From sequence record DRR723986_14832: a DNA stretch of 50,275 nt, one strand, 5' to 3'. The notes under the pieces are model-generated. The model searched no databases and was not told where the DNA came from. It saw only the letters and a program-made list of their open reading frames with translations. Positions 39,043 to 47,889 of the stretch are shown one piece after another (positions within the stretch are counted from its first letter, which is position 1; each line of letters begins with the position of its first letter). Both the position numbers and the translations under genes were made by a program.

Positions 39043-39062
39043 TAAACTCAATTTTGAGTTTA
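39043..39062. promoter_or_regulatory. Perfect palindrome upstream of the ATPase operon
   Basis: TAAACTCAA-TT-TTGAGTTTA, 23 nt before the ATG at 39086. Confidence 0.55.
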
Positions 39063-39085
39063 TTTGATTCCCATTTTCAGCATTT

Positions 39086-41476
39086 ATGAACGAAAACATC
39101 ACTTCTCAGCATGAGCCAGAAATAGACAAAAGCAGGCTGATAGATGCTGTATTAGAAGAATTTCAGAAGTTCACAACGGGTGTAGCTGATCAAGTTGGCT
39201 CAGAAGAACTCTACACCTATCTATTCAAAAATGGAAGCAGCTTACTAGCACACTATTGCGAAGCGGGCGAAGCTTGGCTAGACTCTGTAGAAGATAATGT
39301 CGAAATCACAGATCCTGACCATTACCTAATTCACTTTTCTTATCCAGACAGGATCAAATCAAGTTTATTACTTGTGAGAGATGTGCTCCTTCAGCTCAGC
39401 ATAGCCCGGCTTCGGCATTCTGAAGGTTTAGTTTCGGAAGCTAAGATTCAAGAGCATTTTGAGGAGTCTCAAGCGCTGCTCACTACTGAATTAGAAAAAT
39501 ACCTACATTATTTCCAGCTTGAACGTAAAGCTATTTTGGGTAAACCTGAAGTACTCAGAAGAAAATTGGAATCAGTCAAACATTTCGCTAATCCTTGGAA
39601 AACATTCAATTCCCAATTTCAGACCATCTCTGGCCAATTTGATGAAATAAATCTTAATGATAGCAGGCTAAAGCAAACCATTGACCAATACAGTCTGATT
39701 CATGAGTTGATTCTACAAATGAGGACAGACGTTCTCAATAAAAATTCCCTCTTTGAGCAGAAGGCCCTTTCCAGCTTAGAAGACCTTACAAAAATCAGCG
39801 AAATTGAGCAACTCAACTCCACGTTAAAGTCTTTTGAGGATCTAATTAATTTAGGTGTTGGAATGGAAATCCGGTCGGAAAGCACCTTACGAAATCTGGA
39901 AGATTCAGTAAATAAACTTACATCGCTTTCCGTGCCTGTAGATTCTGAAGGTGGGTATCTAGTAGTGAAAAAAATAGATTTTAGAAAAACTTCAGAAAAA
40001 TGGCTTGACTACGAAATCCTTCCCTACCTCACTGATCTTTGGGATCTCCAAGAAGCTACTTTTTCTCCGCTGCTGAATATTGCTACGCAAATCAAAAGCA
40101 GTTTGCTTGTAGCGAAAAAAACACAACAGATTGCAAGTTTTGACGCTGAAATCAGCTCGTTAAATTCGATCACAGAACAACAAAAAAATGCTATCAAACA
40201 GAGTAAAGACCTTATCAAGCATATTGAAGATGTTCTTTCTCAAAGCTACAAAGTAACTGAGCTCTATACTTCAGAAGAATACCTTAAAGTCCCTTTTCAA
40301 ACTAATTTCTCCAGACTAAAATCAAGTAAACAAGGGAGCTTCCATTCTTATTGGCAGAAAATGGCTCATGTCTTCAAAAATCTAGGTAAGCAGGTGAAAG
40401 ATGCTAAGGAGAAATCACCACATCAACGCTTGGATATTGCCCTACAGATTCTTGAGACAAGAAATGAAAAGGAAACACCAGACCATTATCATTCTTTATT
40501 TCTAAACAAAAACTTTATCGGAGACCTATTTTTGGTTAGGCGAAGCGAGCAGGAAAAAGAAATTGAAAAAATTATAGGCTATTGGAAAAAAGGCCAAAAT
40601 AGGTCATTAGCAGTTTTAGGAGATCCTCTCTGCGGCAAATCAGCCATTTTGGAGTATATCACGCATCAATTCAAATCAAACGAAGTACATCATCTCACTC
40701 AAGGATCGGAAATCAGCATAGAAGGCAGAAAACTAAAGGTGGGAAAAAATTTGGAAGAGGTATTGAACTTTGTTAAAAGATCAGTTAGCAATTCCAAACC
40801 ACTTATAGTACTGGATGATTTGCATCTTTGGCGAGATTCAAGCTCTTCTTTACTCACAAATGCTGAAGCTCTAATTGATTTCATCAGCTCTATTTCTTCC
40901 AAAATATTCGTGGTAGTAGGGATGACAAATGCACTTCGGGTTCATTTAGATACCAGAATGAAATTCTCTCAAGGGTTTACTAATTTGTTGGATGTAAAAA
41001 CCTCCACCTCCGACGAAATTTATAAGGCAGTAATGCTGCGTCATGGTGCTTCTCATCGATCGATCTTTGAAAAGGATGGAGTTAAAATGAATGAAATCCA
41101 GCTTCAAAAGAAAATCGCCTGGCTTACCAAAAAATTTGATTTTAATATTGGCGCTGTATTGCAAGCGTGGATCTTTTGTACAGATGTTAAGGAAGATGGG
41201 TCAATTCGCTTTTCAGAAAAAGAGACACATCTCAATGATTTCTTAGCTATTGCTGAGCTTCTCATATTAAAAAATTGTTTGCTTTTTGGATATTCCAGTG
41301 ATTTGGAACTCAAAAACTTGTTTACCGACAGATACGAAAATGAGTACAAGCCTGCCGTAAGAAAACTGCTGAATATTGGCGTTTTGGACCGGGATGCCAA
41401 TGGGTACCTAATCGTAAAAAACACAGTGAGACAAGACCTTTATTCTATTTTGAAATACAGAGAATTACTCGCCTAA
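39086..41476 (+). CDS. Large protein: helical N-terminus + AAA+/P-loop ATPase + probable winged helix
   Basis: Walker A GDPLCGKS, Walker B LIVLDD, and C-terminal ..AVRKLLNIGVLDRDANGYLIV. Confidence 0.8.
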   Translation: MNENITSQHEPEIDKSRLIDAVLEEFQKFTTGVADQVGSEELYTYLFKNGSSLLAHYCEAGEAWLDSVEDNVEITDPDHYLIHFSYPDRIKSSLLLVRDVLLQLSIARLRHSEGLVSEAKIQEHFEESQALLTTELEKYLHYFQLERKAILGKPEVLRRKLESVKHFANPWKTFNSQFQTISGQFDEINLNDSRLKQTIDQYSLIHELILQMRTDVLNKNSLFEQKALSSLEDLTKISEIEQLNSTLKSFEDLINLGVGMEIRSESTLRNLEDSVNKLTSLSVPVDSEGGYLVVKKIDFRKTSEKWLDYEILPYLTDLWDLQEATFSPLLNIATQIKSSLLVAKKTQQIASFDAEISSLNSITEQQKNAIKQSKDLIKHIEDVLSQSYKVTELYTSEEYLKVPFQTNFSRLKSSKQGSFHSYWQKMAHVFKNLGKQVKDAKEKSPHQRLDIALQILETRNEKETPDHYHSLFLNKNFIGDLFLVRRSEQEKEIEKIIGYWKKGQNRSLAVLGDPLCGKSAILEYITHQFKSNEVHHLTQGSEISIEGRKLKVGKNLEEVLNFVKRSVSNSKPLIVLDDLHLWRDSSSSLLTNAEALIDFISSISSKIFVVVGMTNALRVHLDTRMKFSQGFTNLLDVKTSTSDEIYKAVMLRHGASHRSIFEKDGVKMNEIQLQKKIAWLTKKFDFNIGAVLQAWIFCTDVKEDGSIRFSEKETHLNDFLAIAELLILKNCLLFGYSSDLELKNLFTDRYENEYKPAVRKLLNIGVLDRDANGYLIVKNTVRQDLYSILKYRELLA

Positions 41477-41491
41477 TCAACCAATTTTACT

Positions 41492-42190
41492 ATGAATCAT
41501 TGGAATGATCTCCTTGTCTTAATTCTCATCGTATCAGCGATTTACCTAGCACTATCGCTATGTTTTTTCGGTCTTACCCGCTATGTCCGAAAAAGGAGGA
41601 TAAGTGAAAAATATTTAATTCTGATTAATAAATTTCGACTCTTTTATAAGCCAACGGCTTGGCTAGTAGTTATTGGTGGGTTTATAGCTTTAGACCCGGT
41701 TACACATGGTTTTATCATTTTGTTAGTCTTAGGTGTTGGCTACAAGCATCTTGGGAATTATATCAGCGGACTTTTCCTCAGATCTAGTCCCCTACTCGCT
41801 ATTCATACGCTGGTGAAAGCTGGGAAAATCCGTGGCAGAGTGAATAAAATCGGAAGCTTAGGAATGGTACTTGGAACCGATCAGGGTGAGCAATGGGTCT
41901 GGTTTAATTCCTTCGATCGAGCGGGTTTCACCTTGATTTCCAACCAAACAAATGAGCAACAACGCTCTCTTTATCTTAAATCCGAACATTCGAAGGAAAA
42001 GTTAGAGAACTTGATTTTCGATCATCCGATTTTAGCGCTGGGGAAGCCCTCCAATCTAAAATCGCTTAGTGCTGAGAACACGTACTTGCTGCACTATACT
42101 TTGGTGAAAGGTGCACAGCAAGAAGATCTCACCAACTACCTGAATGATCACGATATCCAAACTAATTCCACTGAAAAATTTAACTCCTAA
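41492..42190 (+). CDS. Divergent MscS-like membrane protein
   Basis: About three TM helices, LGNYISGLFL (MscS TM3-like), then GKIRGRVNKIG..LGTDQGEQ...NS (MscS beta domain-like). Confidence 0.65.
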   Translation: MNHWNDLLVLILIVSAIYLALSLCFFGLTRYVRKRRISEKYLILINKFRLFYKPTAWLVVIGGFIALDPVTHGFIILLVLGVGYKHLGNYISGLFLRSSPLLAIHTLVKAGKIRGRVNKIGSLGMVLGTDQGEQWVWFNSFDRAGFTLISNQTNEQQRSLYLKSEHSKEKLENLIFDHPILALGKPSNLKSLSAENTYLLHYTLVKGAQQEDLTNYLNDHDIQTNSTEKFNS

Positions 42191-43467
42191 TGGAACTTAT
42201 ATCCTCTTATAACTTGATCATTGAGTTTTCGGTGATAATTATTTTATCCTTTCTATTCAACGGTCTATCAAAGAAAACGAACATTCCTGCAGTGTTGATG
42301 CTGATCGCTCTGGGACTGATACTTCAATATATCCTCGGATATTTCACCACAGAAACTATCGATTTTTTCCCGATTTTGGAGGTTTTAGGAATCGTTGGCC
42401 TTATTATGATCGTATTGGAAGCAGCACTAGAGCTAGAACTCAAGCGTGAAAAGCTCATCCCTATATTAAAATCTCTGGCAATAGCATTGATCGGTCTGAT
42501 GCTCTCGACTTGGGCAGCAGCAAGTATTCTATATTATTACATTCCTGAGATGACCATGCAGTCCGCATGGCTTTATGCTACCCCACTTTCCATTCTTTCG
42601 AGTGCTATTATTATCCCAAGCGTGGCAGGGTTGAAAAGCAAAAAAAGGGAATTCCACATCTATGAAAGTACATTTTCAGACATTCTGGGAATTATGCTTT
42701 TCTACTTCCTCACCGGAAAATTAAATCCTGCTGAGGATTCTGGTTTGGTAGGTTTTGGAGGGAATTTCTTGTTGACTGTCGCTATTTCGTTGATAGCTAG
42801 CTATGCAATTATTTTGATTTTTCAGAAAATCAAAAGCAATGTGAAGCTTTTCCTGTTAATCGCTGTTTTGTTGCTTCTCTATGCATTAGGCAAAAAAATG
42901 CATCTTTCTTCTCTGATTATCATTCTGATTTTCGGGTTGGTGATCGCAAACATGAAGTTATTCTTCAAAGGCAAACTTTCCCGCTTATTGGACTATGCAA
43001 AAGCACATCAGATCTATCATGAATTGCACACAATCACTGCGGAAACAGCCTTTGTGGTTCGAACGCTTTTCTTTGTGATTTTTGGGTTAACTATTACCAT
43101 TACTTCACTTTTTGATCTACAAGTAGCCTTAATCAGCTGTCTCCTGATCGGCTCAATCTATGGAATTCGAATTGTTCTATTACTGATTTTTGAAGGCAAA
43201 GACATTATTCCTCAAGTATTCATTGCTCCTAGAGGATTGATCACTGTTTTGCTTTTCTACGGCATTCCTAAGGAAGCTCAAATCGATAGTTTCGAGCCAG
43301 GAATTTTACTTTTCGTCATCATCGGCACTAGCTTAATCATGACTTTTGCTATGATCTATGAAAAGAAAAGATCGTCGCAAGCAATTGATCAAGCGAATAG
43401 CAGAGCTGTGGGATCCGTAAAGTGGAAAGCACCTAGCGTACTCGAAAATTCGGACTCCAAATCTTAA
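42190..43467 (+). CDS. Cation:proton antiporter, CPA1/NhaP-like
   Basis: About 12-13 TM helices, SSAIIIP, ESTFSDILG and APRG; TAATG overlap with the upstream gene. Confidence 0.88.
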   Translation: MELISSYNLIIEFSVIIILSFLFNGLSKKTNIPAVLMLIALGLILQYILGYFTTETIDFFPILEVLGIVGLIMIVLEAALELELKREKLIPILKSLAIALIGLMLSTWAAASILYYYIPEMTMQSAWLYATPLSILSSAIIIPSVAGLKSKKREFHIYESTFSDILGIMLFYFLTGKLNPAEDSGLVGFGGNFLLTVAISLIASYAIILIFQKIKSNVKLFLLIAVLLLLYALGKKMHLSSLIIILIFGLVIANMKLFFKGKLSRLLDYAKAHQIYHELHTITAETAFVVRTLFFVIFGLTITITSLFDLQVALISCLLIGSIYGIRIVLLLIFEGKDIIPQVFIAPRGLITVLLFYGIPKEAQIDSFEPGILLFVIIGTSLIMTFAMIYEKKRSSQAIDQANSRAVGSVKWKAPSVLENSDSKS

Positions 43468-43575
43468 AAAACAGTTACTATACCTGCAGAAAACCTCCTT
43501 CAAGTCAATTTCGAATAGTTATCGTTGGCGACTTCGAAGATTTATCGTAATCTTAATTTTTCGACCCGATAACCT

Positions 43576-45912
43576 ATGAAAAAGTTCTTGTTGAGCACTG
43601 TGCTCATCTTTTGCCTGTACAATTTCAATTTTGCCCAAACTTCCACGATTCTTTGGTACGATCAACCAGCTGTAGAATGGGAAGAGGGACTGCCAGTTGG
43701 AAATGGCAGACTTGGAGCAATAGTTATGGGTTTACCTGGACAAGAACACCTTCAACTTAACGAGGATTCTCTCTGGCCAGGAGGATATGAAGATTGGGGA
43801 TTGGCAGAAGGAAAACGGGCTGATTTAGATCAAATTAGAGCCTACCTACTTGCAGGCGAAAACAAAAAAGCAGACTCATTACTGGTATTGAAGTTTTCAA
43901 GAAAAGGAGTGACTCGTTCTCATCAAACAATGGGAGATTTATGGTTTGACTTTGGCTATGTGGAAGCTGAAAACTACCGTCGAAGCTTAAATCTAGAAAC
44001 TGCTACTGTACTTACTCAATTTATAAGTGAGGGCTTTGAATTCAGCCAGGAAGTTATTGCCTCTGCGCCGGACGATGCGCTAGTCATTAGATTCAAAACC
44101 AATCATCCTGAAGGTTTCAACGGTAAAATCACCATGAGTCGCCCAGAAGATAAGGGCTTTGCGACAGCCAAAACAGTAGCCCTAAATGAAAGGGAACTTG
44201 AGCTATCTGGAATGGTCACTCAGCGCGGAGGACAGCTTGACTCCAAACCAGTAGAGATTTTGAATGGAGTGAAATTCCGCACCCTACTTTTCGCTCAACA
44301 TCAATCGGGGGAGATAAGCACAACCGACTCCACAATGGTAATATCTGGAGCCAAAGAATTTATGCTGAAATTGGTTTCTGAGACGTCATTTTATCACGAA
44401 GATTTTGGAGCAGAAGCGGATCGCCAATTAGAAAAAATCCAGTTAAAAAGCTGGGGAGAAATTCTTCGCTCCCATGAGACTGAATATGCCTCTTGGTTTG
44501 ACCGCATGAGCCTGCAGCTTGGAAATGAAGAGCCGGATAAAATCGCAACAGATCAAAGAATTGAGCGAGTCAAAAATGGAGAGTTGGACTTACATCTTGA
44601 AAAATTGCTTTTTGACTATGGTAGGTACCTCCTAATTTCTTCCAGTAGACCCGGAACCAATCCGGCAAACTTGCAAGGACTCTGGAACAAGCATATCGCT
44701 GCACCTTGGAATGCAGATTACCATGTGAATATCAATTTGCAAATGAATTATTGGCCAGCCGATGTCACAAATCTGAGTGCATTAAACCAGCCACTTTTTG
44801 ATTTTATTGACGGTGTAATAGAAAATGGAAAGAAGGCAGCCCGGGAAAACTTCGATATGGCTGGATCGATGGTTCCTCATACGACAGATCTTTGGCAAGT
44901 GGCCTTTTTACGTGCTGCTACAGCTTATTGGGGAAGTTGGATCGGTGCTGGAGGTTGGATCGGAAGACATTATTGGGATCATTATTTATTTACTCAAGAC
45001 AAGCAATTTCTCGAAGAGCGGGCATTTCCAGCATTAGAGACAATCTCAGCTTTCTATTCAGACTGGCTGGTAAGCTATCCTTCAGATGGTACTTTGGTTT
45101 CCTCTCCTTCTACTTCGCCAGAGAATCAGTTCGTCAATGCAAGAGGAGAAGTAGTGGCTTCCACCATGGGAGCAGCCATGGATCAGCAGATCATCGCAGA
45201 TGTTTTCAACAACTATATGAAGGCATCAGAGCTTTTGGGAAAGGTGACCCCACTTCGTGAAAAGGTGAAAAATCAACTGGCAAATCTTCGGCCTGGCGTT
45301 CAAATAGCGGAGGACGGAAGAATTTTGGAATGGGATCAGCCTTATGAAGAAAATGAAAAAGGGCACAGACATATGTCACATTTGTATGCTTTCCACCCTG
45401 GAGACGCCATCACATCAAGTGAAACTCCTGAAGCTTTTGCCGCTGTTCGTAAAACCCTAGAATATAGATTAGCTAATGGTGGAGCTGGAACGGGTTGGTC
45501 ACGCGCTTGGTTGATTAATTTTTCTGCAAGATTATTAGACGGAGAAATGGCTCATGAGCATATTCAAAAGCTGCTCTCACAATCACTCTACCCTAATTTA
45601 TTTGATGGTCACCCACCATTTCAGATCGACGGGAATTTCGGTTATACTGCCGGAGTCGCGGAGATGCTTGTGCAGTCCCATGAGACAGGCCTCATCCGCT
45701 TGCTACCTGCACTCCCTAAAGCTTGGGAGAATGGCCGTGTGAATGGACTAAAAGCCAGAGGGAATTATACAATAGATATGACTTGGGAGGCTGGTGAACT
45801 AAAAACCTGTAGAATTCATGCCGGTAAAAGCGGTAGAGTTTTGGTGTTTTATGACGGATCAGAAATGGATATAGATCTCGAAAGAGGACAAAGCTTCGAG
45901 GTGGAGTTTTAA
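43576..45912 (+). CDS. GH95 alpha-L-fucosidase family glycosidase
   Basis: LPVGNGRLGA, PANLQGLWN, YHVNINLQMNYW, HRHMSHL, GWSRAW and PPFQIDGNFG. Confidence 0.95.
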   Translation: MKKFLLSTVLIFCLYNFNFAQTSTILWYDQPAVEWEEGLPVGNGRLGAIVMGLPGQEHLQLNEDSLWPGGYEDWGLAEGKRADLDQIRAYLLAGENKKADSLLVLKFSRKGVTRSHQTMGDLWFDFGYVEAENYRRSLNLETATVLTQFISEGFEFSQEVIASAPDDALVIRFKTNHPEGFNGKITMSRPEDKGFATAKTVALNERELELSGMVTQRGGQLDSKPVEILNGVKFRTLLFAQHQSGEISTTDSTMVISGAKEFMLKLVSETSFYHEDFGAEADRQLEKIQLKSWGEILRSHETEYASWFDRMSLQLGNEEPDKIATDQRIERVKNGELDLHLEKLLFDYGRYLLISSSRPGTNPANLQGLWNKHIAAPWNADYHVNINLQMNYWPADVTNLSALNQPLFDFIDGVIENGKKAARENFDMAGSMVPHTTDLWQVAFLRAATAYWGSWIGAGGWIGRHYWDHYLFTQDKQFLEERAFPALETISAFYSDWLVSYPSDGTLVSSPSTSPENQFVNARGEVVASTMGAAMDQQIIADVFNNYMKASELLGKVTPLREKVKNQLANLRPGVQIAEDGRILEWDQPYEENEKGHRHMSHLYAFHPGDAITSSETPEAFAAVRKTLEYRLANGGAGTGWSRAWLINFSARLLDGEMAHEHIQKLLSQSLYPNLFDGHPPFQIDGNFGYTAGVAEMLVQSHETGLIRLLPALPKAWENGRVNGLKARGNYTIDMTWEAGELKTCRIHAGKSGRVLVFYDGSEMDIDLERGQSFEVEF

Positions 45913-46156
45913 TTCCTGAGGATTCAAGTAGTATTTATTACATCAATTTGTCTCTAAAGGAGGGGCCTCTGGCTTAATTCGGAGTAAGCTATTCGGATAC
46001 CTCGCTTGTCGAAGTGCCCCAAGGAATCTAGTTTGCTTACTGGAAGAAAATCGTAATGCTGTAACTTTCCTAAGTTGATACCAACACTTATCAATAGCTG
46101 TAGATGTTGCCACACAATCTGATAAAGTGTAAATTACTACATCACTTAATCCAAAA

Positions 46157-46753
46157 ATGATGAAAAAATCTCTCAGTTTAGCGCTAGTATGCCTTGCTAT
46201 TTTTCCGGCTTTTTCCCAAACTGCTATGATCCCTTCTAAGGAAGTTCAAATCAAAACAGCAGTAATGGCTGCTCCAGAAGAAAAACAAGCAGATGCAACC
46301 GTATTGGGGTACCATGAAAATGGAGAACTTGTAGAATTGAAAAAAGGCACCAATGAAATGATTTGTATCTCAGATGACCCAAGTGCTAAAGGTTTTAGCG
46401 TTTCCTGCTATGCTTCAGATTTGGAGCCATTCATGATCAGAGGACGAGAATTGAAAAATGAAGGAAAGTCGTTTCAAGAGATCTTTGACACAAGAGAGGC
46501 TGAAGCAAAAAATGGTAAACTCAAAATGCCCAAAGAAGGGGCTACTCTTTATGTGCTAAGTACTGATGCAGAAAAATATAACATGACAACTGGGGAAGTG
46601 TCTGATACTTATTTAAGATATGTTGTTTACCTACCTTGGGCAACTGCAGAGACAACTGGTCTTCCACTGAAACCTAGTGCACCAGGTATGCCTTGGATCA
46701 TGGATCCGGGTACGCACCGGGCGCATATCATGATTACTCCTCCGAGGGATTAG
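46157..46753 (+). CDS. Secreted hypothetical protein
   Basis: Signal peptide (AFS-Q), two Cys and a C-terminal PWIMDPGTHRAHIMI; no family recognised. Confidence 0.8.
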   Translation: MMKKSLSLALVCLAIFPAFSQTAMIPSKEVQIKTAVMAAPEEKQADATVLGYHENGELVELKKGTNEMICISDDPSAKGFSVSCYASDLEPFMIRGRELKNEGKSFQEIFDTREAEAKNGKLKMPKEGATLYVLSTDAEKYNMTTGEVSDTYLRYVVYLPWATAETTGLPLKPSAPGMPWIMDPGTHRAHIMITPPRD

Positions 46754-46813
46754 CCTGAAAGATTTAGAATAGTTAGTGTTTTTCGACAAAATAATAAAGT
46801 AAGGCTTATTTTT

Positions 46814-47776
46814 CTACCACATTACCACCTGCTGAGAATCAGTTCTTACATTATCTCTGAAAAGGTTGAATATTGCCGTGAACTCATGTGTATTACCTGG
46901 GAGATTATATCTTCCTCCAGTAGGAAATTCATATACATAGCCAATTCGGAGTCTGTTGGTCACTACTCCCAACTGGGCGTTTGTTGCATAGTCTATTCTA
47001 TGACCAATCCCAAGCCAAACCCTATCCATCATCAGTGCTTTGATGTTAAATTCAATATTGTCATCCTGGTTCTTTTGGATACTGTACATCCCGTTTACAA
47101 TCACAGCCAAATTATCACCCACCGCACTTCGGTAGCCAGCCTGAAAAATTGAACTCGCCGGATAAGCATCCATAAATTCATCCCCAGAGGTGATCTTACC
47201 GCCATTCACACGACGAATTCCGTAGGACAGATAATAATTAGCATGTGTCAATGCAATACCCAGATTGAAGTCAATCACGTTCATATTCGAAAACTGGCCA
47301 ACATACTGACCAAGTGTCGCGTCATTCTGCTCCTCAGTTGTAAGCGCATTTCCATCCAATCGTATACTTTGATAATTTAACCCTGCTCCCAGTCTCAAAT
47401 TGTGAGTCTCTGAAAGTCTTATTCTACTTGCATATCCTAGCGTTAATTCGGTTTCCCTAAAAGCACCATAAGTGTCATATAGTAAATTTACAGAAACTGC
47501 ATTTTTCCCCATCAAAGCAGGATCCTCTTTCCCTGACAATTCCCCAAAGTCCAACTCGGTGCTGAAAAAATAAGTTTTCGGGGCTCCTTCGACTCCTGAC
47601 CACTGATTTCTCACAAAGCCTCTTACAGTCGAACCTTCGTAGCCCGTCAATCCCGGATTGTAGTAACTCTGGAATAAATTGAAGCTCGAAACATATTTAC
47701 GGGACTGAGCCTGGACCTCAGACAGTCCTACTATCATCAGAAAAAATGCCGCTGCGATGTATTTTAATTCCTTCAT
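46814..47776 (-). CDS. T9SS membrane protein, PorP/SprF family
   Basis: YYNPGLTG..RNQWSGVEGAPKT, IGYVYE and THEF; lies downstream of a type-B CTD gene. Confidence 0.93.
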   Translation of the reverse strand: MKELKYIAAAFFLMIVGLSEVQAQSRKYVSSFNLFQSYYNPGLTGYEGSTVRGFVRNQWSGVEGAPKTYFFSTELDFGELSGKEDPALMGKNAVSVNLLYDTYGAFRETELTLGYASRIRLSETHNLRLGAGLNYQSIRLDGNALTTEEQNDATLGQYVGQFSNMNVIDFNLGIALTHANYYLSYGIRRVNGGKITSGDEFMDAYPASSIFQAGYRSAVGDNLAVIVNGMYSIQKNQDDNIEFNIKALMMDRVWLGIGHRIDYATNAQLGVVTNRLRIGYVYEFPTGGRYNLPGNTHEFTAIFNLFRDNVRTDSQQVVMW

Positions 47777-47889
47777 GGTATTTCCTTTTAAAAATTACTT
47801 GGGTGGAGGCGTCTTCCAAAGCCTCCTTTTATTTATAATCCACATTTTGTTACTAATGCTTGAACCAAGGTTCTTACTTTGATTCAATG

